From the NCBI RefSeq assembly GCF_006345805.1, contig NC_043011.1:56866464-56930463 (forward strand): DNA of 64,000 bases. The letters are read 5' to 3'. Positions 1-11,943 of this stretch are shown here, piece after piece (the stretch's first letter is position 1; the number at the start of each line of letters is the position of its first letter). The stretch comes from Octopus sinensis (taxonomy: Eukaryota). The notes beneath the pieces are model-generated. The model saw nothing but the letters and a program-made list of their open reading frames with translations. It was not told the DNA's origin and did no database searches. The position numbers and the translations under genes were made by a program.

Positions 1-968
1 ATTGCAGACATTAAAACGTTGCTTGGTTTAGCACAATCACCTGTGTCTTGAGGGCCTTTACCTGAATTCACTCTGTTACAAACTTATGGTTTTCCAGACG
101 GAGACAACTTCTCCCAGGCATTTTTAAAATGACTGGGGACTATATTGGAGAAACCGAAAAGAGTTATGAGTGGTACCTTTACTCTTCTGACTCAACCTAT
201 AATAATAATAATAATAATAATAATCTATAGACCTAATACACTGATTGGTCTAAAAAAAACCTACCAGGTTTTTAGGTTGCTTCTAGTTGAGTACACCCTG
301 TTGTGAGTGTACCTAGCAGATCACGTGTTCCTTCTCCACCCATGCTTTTTCCTGCAGACATTGCCCTATAAATATCGTAACTGGGCATTAATTGCATTGA
401 TCTCACCAGACTGGGTGCACCTGCTCAAGACCTGAGCCCTGCCCCTCCCTGTCCAACTGACTACGTTATTAACAATTAATTCTTGCTTTATTTACCATCT
501 ATTTAATGATGAACTTTGCAGTTAATTTTATTAGTTTGTGTTGCAGACTCTCCTCCATAGCAATAGCAATATGTAGGACTTCAGTTTCTCACCTACCAAA
601 TTCTGAAATCAATACATAATTGCTTCTGTAAAAAATTATAGATTTTCATTGTTGTTGTGTGCGTTTCTTTACTTAGTTCTGTTTGAGTAAATCTCTAGCT
701 CGGAGCCAGTCAAAGAAACAAAAGAGAAAATTTGATTGGTTCATCCAATGGTGTACATCCTGTTTCTTTTACATCATTTGTTGATCGAGTGGTTTAGGAC
801 CTGAAATATATGACCCCCACCCCATTTAAAAATAGGTAGGGTGTTTGTTGAAACCAATTTTAGTTATGACATTGAGCAAGTCTGCAGAAGAGCTTATATT
901 AATTTTTACCTTGCTTGGGTGTTCTCACTTCCTCACCTCACTGTTTCTTCCATTTCTTCTCACATAAA

Positions 969-1394
969 GTGCAGGCATGGCTGTGTGCTTAAGGAGCTTG
1001 CCCCACCCCCAATCATGTGGTCTTGAGTTCAATCCCACTGTGCTGCACCATGGACAAGTGACATCTACTATCTACTATAGCCCTGATTTAACCAAAGCCT
1101 TGTATTTGGCAGGTGTAAAAAAAAGCCTGTCATGTGTGTGTGTGTGTGTGTGTACCCTTGTTTTGACATCACCTGTTGGCTGTAAACGAGCATCCCCGTC
1201 ATACTAGCAAGTTTGTTCTTCATTTCAAGTCTTCCATGAGAACATGTCTGGCCATGAGAAAATATTATCTTGCTTGGAAACAGGTGAGGGTTAGCGACAG
1301 GAAGGGCATCGAGCCGCAGAAACCCTGCCTCTGCTAATTGTGTCTGACTCGTGCAACTGCGTTGAAAAGGTGACATTAAAACGGATGATGATGT
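969..1394 (+). mobile_element. tRNA-headed CORE-like SINE with RTE-like (GAT)n tail
   Basis: A-box-like TGGCTGTGTG and B-box-like GTTCAATCC, degenerate core, central (TG)n, and a tail ending ...ACATTAAAACGGATGATGATGAT. Homologous to 9520-9972, 24265-24712 and 41145-41570. Confidence 0.8.
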
Positions 1395-2879
1395 TCCTTG
1401 ATTTGCCTTCCTCACAATTATCTTCCACTATTCATATTATACTTAGTCATGTTGTTGCTATTGTTGTTTAACTCTGATCAAACCAGCCTATGATAAAAGA
1501 CATTCTGTTTGTGATTTGGGCCAAAGTGTCTGGGCAGGGAATACTGTTCTTGCATCTGTCACTGATTTCCTTTAAAGAATCATTGGTGCTGCTCTTCCCT
1601 TTTTAACTAATTCATAAAATTATGAATTTCAACAATTACCATTCTGGTTTTTTTCTTTCCTTTTTTTTTTTCCAGTAAGATGTTATGGCGTATTGTGATG
1701 GTGTATGGCCTTGTGGTTAGGTCGTTTGATTATAAGATCATGTACTCAATTCCTTGAGCAAGTTACTCTGTTTCATGTTGTTCAATTCTAGTCAGCTATG
1801 ATGAGTTGGTGAAGCCTCCCCTCTCTCTCTCTCTCTCTCTCTCTCCCTCCCCTTGATCCTCCTTCCCTTTCTCCCTATCGCTCCTGCCTCTCCCCACACT
1901 CTCTTCCCTCCACTCTCCCCTCTTCTCTCTCTCCACTTGTCACTTCCTGGCTGTTCTGCTGAGCCAAAAAGGGGTTTATTTCTGCTCATCACTACGGAGC
2001 CATTTAAAACAATTAGCAAAAGGGTGGTATTTGGTTATGTCCCTTCATGTTCTGAGCTCAAATCCCACTGAACTTATATCTTTGCCTTATGTCTTTTTGG
2101 GATCAATGAAGTAGGTACCAGTTATATAATGTGGAAGATATAATTGATTACGATTCTAAAGGGAATACCTCAACAGATCCACATTGCAGTTTGTGTCACC
2201 GGTTGAAAAAGAATAAAAAAACTTTAAGAAGACTTCCTGCCTGAAGAACATCTGCTCTAAGATCCTGGACCAATGTTCACATTTGCTCAGCCTTTGATTC
2301 TCTCCATGACGATCATCATCATCATCATCATCGTTTAGTGTCCGCTTTCCATGCTAGCATGGGTTGGACGGTTCTACTGGGGTCTGTGAAGCCAGAAGGC
2401 TTCATCACGATGACAAAAAGAATGGTGAGAAGATATTATTTGTGAAGTTGTTGAGTTGTTTATAGTTTTGAAGTTAACTTCCTCATCTCAGATGACAGGA
2501 ATAAAATCTAGAATGTGTAAACTAATTACAAGGAAACGGTAAACATCTTGAGCAATGGTCGGCTTCAAACGGTTCAAATATCACCTTACACATCCACACA
2601 CACACACACACACACCACACACACACAAAGTAGAGAAGCATTTGAATTTACCAAAAGAAAAAAAAGACAAAAAGTAAAGAACTTGATATGTTAAGTAGAG
2701 TGTCGAGAATGTTTATATTTGAAGTTGAGAAACTTCAACGGAGTCAAGTTACTGAAGGAATTGAGCTTTGCATTTCTTCTTCTCAAAACAAAGTCTGTAT
2801 ACTTTAGGGGTTTTATTTATGCAATCAGAACATTCTAAAGAATTTACCTAAGGTCATCATCATATCATCATTTTTTTTT

Positions 2880-3150
2880 TTTTTACTTTGTTTCAATCAT
2901 TGGACTGAGCCCATGCTGGGGCACCACATTGAAGGGTTTTAGTTGAACATATCAACCCCAATTCTGTTGATCTCTTTTGCCAAACTACCAAGTTAGGGGG
3001 TTGGGGAATAAACCAACACAGGTTATCAAGTTGTTATGGCAATGGTCAGCCCAGAGTTTATGGTAAAAGACACTTGCCCATGAGTGGAGACTGAACCTAG
3101 AACCACATGGCTGCAAAACAAGCTTCTTAACCACTGTCTGTGTGCACATA
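2880..3150 (-). mobile_element. CORE-like SINE, degenerate and internally deleted
   Basis: Reverse complement of the same head (GTGGTTAAGAAGCTT...GTTCAGTC...GGGCAAGTGTCTT) and of the CCCCAGCATGG...AATGATTGAAAC tail. Confidence 0.7.
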
Positions 3151-4305
3151 GGTATACATAGATATGCGTGTCCCTCAGTGGGTGTGTGTCTCTGTCTATC
3201 TCTCTCTCTATACACACACACACATATATATGCACACACCTAATATGTGTATATACATGTGTATGTATATATATATATATATGCATATGTATGTGTGTGT
3301 GTGTATGTAGACAGATAGACAAACTGCCAGACAGAATGTAAGTCAATATGTTTTTGCAAAATCCATTCTCCTGACAAAGTATGGATGGCCTGTTTAATCC
3401 AGAATGGTGTCATATTAAAGACTAATTAAGAATGCCGAATAGAAATGTGAAATAAGTTTCCTTGTCAGTTCTGTGTTCAATAAAATGGGACAGTGTATTT
3501 ATTTGATGACAAATAATATGGCGCCAATAAATGGTTTTTACTTTGTTGAAATACTTCATACGTCACATCTGCAATATTTTCATAAGATTCCAGAGAAGAA
3601 AGAAATAAAGAATTCGTACTTAGTCTTCTGAGTTGAGTTAAAGGAAGTCCTGGAGGAAATTAGCAGACATTATTACTAGCTGTATGACAAAAGCGAATCA
3701 AAAGAATTAGTCTTTAACAGCATGAAAGCCTCAACAACAACAACTACGACAACAACAACAACAATAATAATTAGATATATTAAACATGCCCCAGTGTGGT
3801 CACAGCCTGCAGGCTGAAACTAGTAAAAGAATAAAAGAAGAATACTGTGATAAGATAGAAAACAACCATTCATTTACAGAATAAATAAATAGATAAAATG
3901 ATTGCAAAAACTGGAAATATTGTGAATAAGAGAGGAATGTTTTAAAGAGTCTTCCTCTCACTGTTGCTGGTAATAATATCTTGACACTTACTATTTCTCA
4001 CCTGTTGTGGGAGATGAAGTTTACCAGTGTTTCAACAAAACTATTGTTTACAATTTCTGAAAAGAACCAGAGTGTTATTAAGAATGACAATTCCGGGAGA
4101 TTGTGGAGTCTATGAACTTTATCTTTAGAGATGGTGATATAATTTTGCGTGGTACCTTGTACAGTTGTCTTCTGTTATAGCCCTGGGATGACCAAAGCCT
4201 TATGTGTGAAGTTTTTGTTGATGGAAAGTGAAAGAAGACTGTTTTGCATATATATATATATATATATATATACAAAAATATTATTGTATACAAGAAAATT
4301 ATTGT

Positions 4306-4388
4306 CAGTAACTTTGAAGCTTCAACTAGTTAAGCCATCATTAGGCTACTGATGATGGCTTAAACTGGCTGAGGCTTCAAAGTTACTG
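4306..4388. repeat. Long near-perfect inverted repeat (about 36-bp stem, 10-nt loop)
   Basis: Left arm CAGTAACTTTGAAGCTTCAACTAGTTAAGCCATCAT (4306-4341) versus the reverse complement of 4352-4388, CAGTAACTTTGAAGCCTCAGCCAGTTTAAGCCATCAT. Confidence 0.9.
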
Positions 4389-4531
4389 TCATTAATATTC
4401 TCATTTTAGAATGGGGAATTTGTGCTCTACAGAGGTTTGGAGTATACCTATCAGATTAATGTAAGATTGTTTTTATCGTAACTGAACATAAAAACAGACA
4501 TTAAGATATATATATATATATATATATACAC

Positions 4532-5061
4532 ATTCATAAATGAGGGTGAAAAATTAGATATTAATTTAATAATACCGTCAGTTTAACACCAAGTGGCCTA
4601 GCACATAGAAACCAGGGAACAGTACAAATTTATACATAAATATAAGAGAGTTAACGTTAAGTGGCTAACTCTAGTGCTAGAAATAGCTCCTTATTCTGGT
4701 ATAGCCACCGAAGTTGTTTCCACAGAAGAAATAACATTACCTTCAACGTAAGGGAAGCGAAATACAACGAAAAGATAGATTAATACTAAACAATTGTTTC
4801 TTTATCAACATAATATGCAATTATACTCACATATTTGTCTATAATTCATCAGCAGTATTTGTCCTCGATACAATTTATCAGACCCACATGGGCGATAAAG
4901 TACTCATGCGGTCTGATCGATTGCATACATAGTTGTGGTTTAGCTTCCCGCCAAAAGCATGCTAAGACTCCGTGGAAACCAATACCGCATACAAAATTTG
5001 CTGCAGCATACTTATTTTATAAATTCATAAATGAGGGTGAAAAATTAGATATTAATTTAAT
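4532..5061. mobile_element. Element with identical 39-bp terminal direct repeats (Penelope pLTR-like, tentative)
   Basis: ATTCATAAATGAGGGTGAAAAATTAGATATTAATTTAAT occurs at 4532-4570 and 5023-5061 (period 491), next to a (TA)n run. Confidence 0.55.
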
Positions 5062-5089
5062 GATAAAATTCTTCATAAAATATATGATT

Positions 5090-5700
5090 ATGTCAACCTT
5101 AGTGCTGAGCTGGTACTTATTTTATCAAACCTGCCAAAAGGATTCTGTTAATGTTCAAATTTGAACTCGGAACGTGAAGACGCATGAAATGCTGTTAACA
5201 ACTCCGCCAGCTTGCCACCTTCGTAATAATAACAACAATAATGATTTCAAATTTTGGCACAAGGCCAGCAATTTCGGGGGAAGAGGGGTAAGTCGATTAC
5301 ATTGACCCCAGTGCTTGACTGGTACTTATTTCATTAACCCTGAATGGATGAAAAGCAAAGTCAACCATGGCAGAATTTGAACTCAGAATGTAAAGACAGA
5401 TGAAATGCATTATTATTATCATTATTATTATTATTATTTGCTTGGCATGCAAATAATAATGATAATAATAATCCTTTCTATTATAGGCACAAGGCCTGAA
5501 ATTTAGGGGAGAGGGATAGTTAATTACATCGACCCCAGTGTCTCACTGGTACTTAATTTATTGACCCTGAAAGGATGAAAGGCAAAGTCAACTTTGGCAG
5601 AATTTGAACTCAGAATGTAAAAACGGATGAAATGCATTATTATTATCATTATTATTACTATCTGCTTGGCATGCAGATAATAATAATAATGATGATGATA
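5090..5700 (-). mobile_element. Head-to-tail cluster of three tRNA-headed SINE pieces (Meta-domain-like family)
   Basis: Repeated reverse complement of TTCTGAGTTCAAAT...GACTTTGCCTTTCATCC...AAGTACCAG, separated by (AAT)n/(ATT)n runs. Confidence 0.8.
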
Positions 5701-6337
5701 ATAATAATAATAAGAAGAATTTTAAATAGGTTTTCTTTTGCAGTTTTAGTACAAAAAATAAAAAAAAAATTTATGACTGTTAAATAAGTTCTTCCATCTT
5801 AAGACTATGAAAATTTTTTGTGTTTAATCTATCAAACCAACCCATCACCACAAAACATGATTAGCATCATCATCATCATCATCATCATTGTCACCACCAC
5901 CACCACCTCCACACTGCATCTCTCTTGTTGATTGTAAACTAAGACTCTCTTCTATTTAAGAAAAGTTTCTCTGCAAAAAGTGTTTTTTTATTTTCTGAAA
6001 TATTTTTTTTGGTCTTTTTTTTTTTCGTTATTGCAAATGCTTCCTTTTTTTTTTTTCTTTTTGTGCCCCTCACTCTTCATTAGCTGTTGCCCAAATACTG
6101 GAATGGCATTTGCACCGATTAAACTTCTGAATGGTGTGTGTTTTCTTCGTTCTGGAACTAAGGAATGTTTCATAACTGTACTTAGCACACTTCCACAACT
6201 GACATGACATTTTCAAAAATGGTATCATGAATTTCCAAGTTTTTGTTGCTGTTCTTTACTTAGATTTTGATTACTTCAAGAAACTGCCAGATGACTTTTC
6301 TAAATCATGCATGTTTTATTCTTTCAAATTAATTCAA

Positions 6338-6338
<1 letters not shown>

Positions 6339-6368
<30 letters not shown>

Positions 6369-6490
6369 CATACATACATACATACATACATACATACATA
6401 CATACATACATACACACACATACATACATACATACATACATAGATATGTACATGCACACACACATACATACATACATACATACATACATG

Positions 6491-6537
<47 letters not shown>

Positions 6538-6638
6538 ATATATGTGTGTGTGTGTGTGTGTATATATATATGTATATTGGTAGATATATATATGAGTAGA
6601 TATATATATGAGTAGATATATATATATGTATATGTATG

Positions 6639-6674
<36 letters not shown>

Positions 6675-6842
6675 ATGTGTGTGTGTGTATAATGTATATG
6701 AGTATATATATATATGTGTGTGTGTGTATAATGTATATGAGTATATATATATATGTGTGTGTGTTGTGTGTGTGTATATATATATGTATATGGTAGATAT
6801 ATATATGAGTAGATATATATATATGTATATGTATGTATATGA

Positions 6843-6896
<54 letters not shown>

Positions 6897-6951
6897 ATAA
6901 TGTATATGAGTATATATATATATGTGTGTGTGTGTGTATAATGTATATGAG

Positions 6952-6986
<35 letters not shown>

Positions 6987-7132
6987 ATAATGTATATGAG
7001 TATATATATATATGTGTGTGTGTATAATGTATATGAGTATATATATATGTGTGGTGTGTGTGTGTATAATGTATATGTATATATGTATATATATATTATA
7101 TATATATATATATATTCATATATATATATATA

Positions 7133-7184
<52 letters not shown>

Positions 7185-7202
7185 TATGTATGTGTGCGTG
7201 TA
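6339..7202. repeat. Compound microsatellite (TACA)n/(TA)n/(TG)n with higher-order units
   Basis: Read directly. The unit GTGTATAATGTATATGAGTATAT... recurs about 7 times. Confidence 0.95.
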
Positions 7203-7687
7203 TGAGGAAAAGGTGATTTGGTAACACGTACGCACTTGATGTAAGATGTTGCTATATAATAAAATGTCTAGGCATCTTAAGAAATCTTGTGTTATGAAAA
7301 TTGAATAAGCTTTTAGAAATATTTGGTAACAAAAAGGAAAAAAAAAGTCACATGATTGATTATTCACACAAAAAGTAAAATCTTTGAAATATCATCATCA
7401 TCATCATCATCATCGTTGTAGTCTTCTTTTTCTCCTTCTTTCTAATCCCACCACCACCACCACCACTACTCTTATCATTATTATTATTATTTTCAAAAGT
7501 GTGTGTTTAGTTCTAATGTCTATTTTATAAATAAAAGTATATAAAACAGACTTGGCCAGTTAGTTTTGAATTGGTATATAAATAAATAAATAAATAATTC
7601 TTCTTCTCTTTTCTCTGCAACTAAAACAAAACCGGACTCCCCCATCCCTGTCTCCATATTCCTATCCAGGTACATCTCTAATTTTAA

Positions 7688-7994
7688 CCCCTTTTTGTTA
7701 CCCTATTTCTGCTGAAATACATTGCCTTTATTTCAATTAATATTGAAAATAATACAGAATTTAGAAAAATGATTTTGTCATTATAGGCCCAGGAGTGGCT
7801 GGGTGGTAAGTAGTTAGCTTACCAATCGCATGGTTCCGGGTTCAGTCCAAATGTGTGTCACCTTGGGCAAGTGTCTTCTACTATAGCCTCAGGACAACCA
7901 AAGCCTTGTGAATGGATTTGGTAGACGGAAACCGAAAGATGCCCTTCGTATGTGTATATATATGTTTGTATATGTATGTATGTATGTATGTATG

Positions 7995-8030
<36 letters not shown>

Positions 8031-8051
8031 GTATGTATATGTATGTATATG

Positions 8052-8083
<32 letters not shown>

Positions 8084-8589
8084 TGTATGTATATGTATAT
8101 ATGTATGTATGTATATATATATATGTATGTATATGTATGTATGTATATATATATGTATGTATATATATGTGTGTATGTATGTATGTATATGCATGTATGT
8201 ATGTATGTGTGTGTGTATATATATATATGTATGTGTGTGTATATGTTTGTGCGTGTGTGTTTGTCCCTCCCTCCCCAACATCGCTTGACAACCAATGCTG
8301 GTGTATTTACGTCCCTGTAACTTAGCGGTTGGGCAAAAGAGACAGATAAATAAGTACTAGGTTTACAAAGGATAAGTCCTGGGGTCGATTTGCTCAACTA
8401 AAGGTGGTGCTCCAACATGGCCACAGTCAAATGACTGAAACGAAAGAATAAGAATTATGAAGCTTATGTGTTCGAAACGTAATTTTGCACAAAATGCAAT
8501 GGAGAGTGTTGATTTGGTTTACTTTAAAAACAGGAGATTTGTGTCATTGAAATCAGGGATGATCTCAGGTGTTTTTAGTGTCAGGAGGG
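7688..8589. mobile_element. TTAA-flanked piggyBac-like MITE split by a SINE insertion
   Basis: TTAA|CCC at 7684-7690 and GGG|TTAA at 8587-8593. The internal sequence resembles 47446-47666 and is interrupted by the SINE at 7784-8452. Confidence 0.6.
7784..8452 (+). mobile_element. Full-length tRNA-headed CORE-like SINE (octopus OR2-like, tentative) with expanded (TATG/TA)n middle
   Basis: GGAGTGGCTGGGTGG A box, GGTTCAGTCC B box, CACCTTGGGCAAGTGTCTT core (resembles the MIR/CORE GACCTTGGGCAAGT), and tail ...CATGGCCACAGTCAAATGACTGAAAC. Confidence 0.85.
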
Positions 8590-8940
8590 TTAAATTAGCA
8601 TTTTATTTGTTTAGGTACAAAAAGGAATAAAAAAAAAAAAAAAAAAAAAAAGACATGGCATCTGTTTCTCAGAGCATGACTTTATATCACAAATGCTTGA
8701 AATGTGTTCCTGCAAAAAACAAAAAAAAAGTATTGAATTTACCAAGTTGGAAATATCAGGCTAGTTGGCATTTAAGTATGTGATAGATTGTCATTGAAGA
8801 GAAGCTTTTGTTTCTTATCTCCTTCATGCAGTGACAACTGGAAATCAATTCTAGTATTTCTGAAAGACACAAAAGAGTAAAAGAGTTTACCTATTTGAAA
8901 TAGATAAATAAATATATATTATCAACTGTTATATTATACA

Positions 8941-8983
<43 letters not shown>

Positions 8984-9008
8984 CTTTATATATATATATA
9001 TATTAACT

Positions 9009-9042
<34 letters not shown>

Positions 9043-9299
9043 ATTATATATATATATATATATATATTATCAACTGTTTTAAACAGCTGTAAAAGAAAAA
9101 GATAAATTAATAAAAGACTTTTGCCATCTGGCAAAGTAATTTTTTTGTAGGGGGTGGGGCCAGTACTGTAAACATATGTTAAAAAAAAAGATTTTTTTTT
9201 ACAAAGCGGTTAAAGAATATCTAATCGAATACTGGACATATATTCAAGTAAACAATAGGGTTTTTTTTGTTTTTATTATCTGGCAGAGTCTGTCTCACC

Positions 9300-9476
9300 C
9301 AAGGGTCTCCAAATTTTTAGACCATCAACCCGTTCATGGAATCCTTGACCCCCTCATCTCCCCCCACCTCCCAGGCATGTACAAAGGAATAGATAAATAA
9401 TAATAATAATAATAATTAAGTAGATGTGCATTTATTAACCCCCAGGGGTCAGTATCGACCACTTTGGAGACCCCTG
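9300..9476. mobile_element. hAT-like MITE
   Basis: TIRs CAAGGGTCTCCAAA / TTTGGAGACCCCTG (13/14). The 8-bp flanks GTCTCACC and ATCTAACC match 6/8, consistent with a decayed 8-bp TSD. Confidence 0.75.
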
Positions 9477-9519
9477 ATCTAACCAAACACTGTACATAGC
9501 ATCATTATCATTATCATTG

Positions 9520-9972
9520 CTTTTAACATCCACTTTTTTATACTTGCATGGGTCGGACAGAAGTTATTGAGGCAGATTTTCTATGGTTGGGTGCCCTTCC
9601 TGTTGCCAACCCTTACCTGTTTTCTAACAAGGTAACACTTCCCAATGGCCAGACATGTTTTCTTCACAGAATATTGGAAATGGATGACACTGCTTGTATG
9701 ACAGTGACACTCATTTACAACTGTCACAGTATGTCAAGAGAAAGAGATATGCAAACACAAACACACACATTCATGCACATAGCTGTCTGTCTATATAGAT
9801 ACATATGTCTATGATGGGCTTCTTTCAGCTTCCATCTGCCAAATCCACTCACAAGGCATTCATTGCCGTGGTTCTATAATAGACACTAACCCAAAGTGCC
9901 ATGTGGTAGGACTGAATCTGAAACTCCATGGTTGCAATGTGAAGTTCTTAACCACACAGCCATGCCTGTGCT
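9520..9972 (-). mobile_element. CORE-like SINE with RTE-like tail
   Basis: Reverse-complement homology to 969-1394 over its full length. Confidence 0.8.
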
Positions 9973-10083
9973 ATGTTGATAAAACACTATTTTCTTCTCA
10001 ACCATAACACTGTAAATACTACACTAGTGTAAAAAAGTTTTCCAAAGGAACTTATTGGAAATCTTACAAATATGGTATTATAT

Positions 10084-10135
<52 letters not shown>

Positions 10136-10524
10136 TGGCATGTTTTATTGTTGTTGCTTTTATTGGTTTTATTTATTTATTCGTAAGAAAAGAGATAGAA
10201 TCTGCTTGATGTTAAAAGACTAATCAAAAACAGTAAACATGTACAAGAAAACAATGGGCTGCTTCTTTGCCATCTGGCTGGGCTTGTCTTCTCAAACACT
10301 GTAAACAGCATAAATAAGAAAACTGATAGACTGTGCTACATGGTAGGAAGACTATTTACTCAGATACTGTAAACATGTATATGGTGTAAAGAAAAGAAGA
10401 AAAAAAATCAATTGATTTCTGCCCATTTGGCAGAGTCTGTTTAACTAGGGACTAGAAACGTTTATATATATATAAGGAAAAAGATAGACTCTGCTATTTG
10501 GTTAGACTTAATTAGATATATTTT

Positions 10525-10932
10525 GTCTTTTACTCGTTTCAATCATTAGACTGTGGCCAGGCTGGGGCACCACCCTGAAGAATTTTAGTCAAACGAATTG
10601 ACCCCAGGACTTCTTTTTTTTTATTCCAAGCTTGGGACTAATTCTATCAGTTTCTTTTCCTGAACTGCTAAGTAACAGGGATGTAAACACACCAGCAACA
10701 GTTGTCAAGTGATGGTTGGGAACAAACACACACACACACACACACACATGCACACACACATATATATATGATGGGCTTCTTCCAGTTTCCGTCTACCAAA
10801 TCCACTCACAAGCTTTGGTTGGCCTGAAGCTGGAATAGATGACACTTGCCCAAGGTGTCATGTAGTGGGACTGAACCCGGAACCATGTAGTTGGGAAGCA
10901 AGCTTCTTACCACACAATCACACCTGGGCCTA
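10525..10932 (-). mobile_element. Full-length CORE-like SINE
   Basis: Reverse-complement homology to 7784-8452 (head, core, (CA)n and tail). Confidence 0.85.
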
Positions 10933-11316
10933 TGATACTGTAAACATGCATTAGAAAAATTACTAAGTTTTATTTATTTATTTCCTGATGTGTCGGAGTC
11001 TAAGTAACCAGGTTGGAGTAAACACAAGAGAAAGGCTCTGCCAAATGGTGAGAAGCTTGCTCATCAACGCAAAACAACAAGAACAACAACCCTACTTTTT
11101 CCTTTGAAGTGGTTGATCTCATGTCACTTCCCAACACATTCACTTCTCTTCCCATCAGCCATATTGTATTTCTCCCCAGCCTCTGCCCTAGTCACTATAC
11201 ACAATCCTTCCTACCCTAGAATATCATCTCTGCATTTCCCTCCCTCCACCACAGCTGTTGACTTCCTAATGACTGAAACAAGTTAGGAGGTAAATGTTAA
11301 AAAGGTAGAAAGAGCT

Positions 11317-11372
<56 letters not shown>

Positions 11373-11943
11373 TGGGCCAGAGGCTGGAGTGTGTTTGAGA
11401 GGGAATTTATGCTAATCAATCAAATGGACTTTGTTTGGGAGCAGCCAAGGACGTCTGTGCGACGCAGCAGCTCTGTCTCTGATGTGGAAACAGTATTGTG
11501 CTGTGGGTCTTACCTTGGATTTGTAGAGGGATCGGAAGTCATTGGGGGCTGAAGTATTTACTGGTTCTGAAAAGGAAAGCCAGTCTTTGTGATGTAGTCT
11601 TGGATGTGTTGAGGGTCTGTGCTCACCTGGAAAGGTCCTTACTGATTGTCAGGTCCGGCATTTGAGGGTTCTAGTTGCCTGCTGTCCATGTTTTAGGGAT
11701 GGGTAGGTGGGGTAAGAGATAATGTTTTATTGATGTTTTATCTTTCCCTCATTGGACTGTGGCCATGCTGGGGTACTGCCTTGAGTTGTATCATCGGACA
11801 GATTGACTTCAGTACTCTTATTTTTTTAACGTCTTATACTGACTCTATCAGTCTTTTTATTTTACAAAACTGTTAGATTATGGTGACATAAACCATATCC
11901 ATATATTTATGTATGTATGTATGTGTGTGTGTGTGTGTGTATG

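Larger units (their letters stand above)
9116..11050. repeat. Ancient degenerate tandem array (GACTCTGCCATYTGGCAGAGTC palindrome + ACTGTAAACA), interrupted by TEs
   Basis: Palindrome variants at 9116, 9278, 10269, 10419, 10487 and 11034. (T)GTAAA(C/T)A at 9167, 9248, 10011, 10233, 10300, 10368, 10939 and 11018. Confidence 0.6.

Noticed and set aside
49-132. In-frame TGA codons as selenocysteine
   Set aside because: There is no recognisable selenoprotein context and no SECIS was seen. Decay or chance is the simpler explanation.
346-362. 17-bp identity TTTTTCCTGCAGACATT with 48711-48727, and nearby TATAAATA/CCAAT/CACGTG promoter-like motifs
   Set aside because: The similarity does not extend and is partly poly-T. 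The motifs are short, and no downstream gene supports a promoter call.
7790-7860. tRNA genes at SINE heads
   Set aside because: A and B boxes are present, but there is no complete cloverleaf and each continues into SINE core and tail sequence.
6227-8397. YI/CV/HT-rich ORFs here and at 17.8-18.4, 20.7-21.3, 43.2-43.7, 54.3-55.8 and 63.2-63.8 kb
   Set aside because: They are translations of (TA)n, (TG)n and (TACA)n microsatellites.
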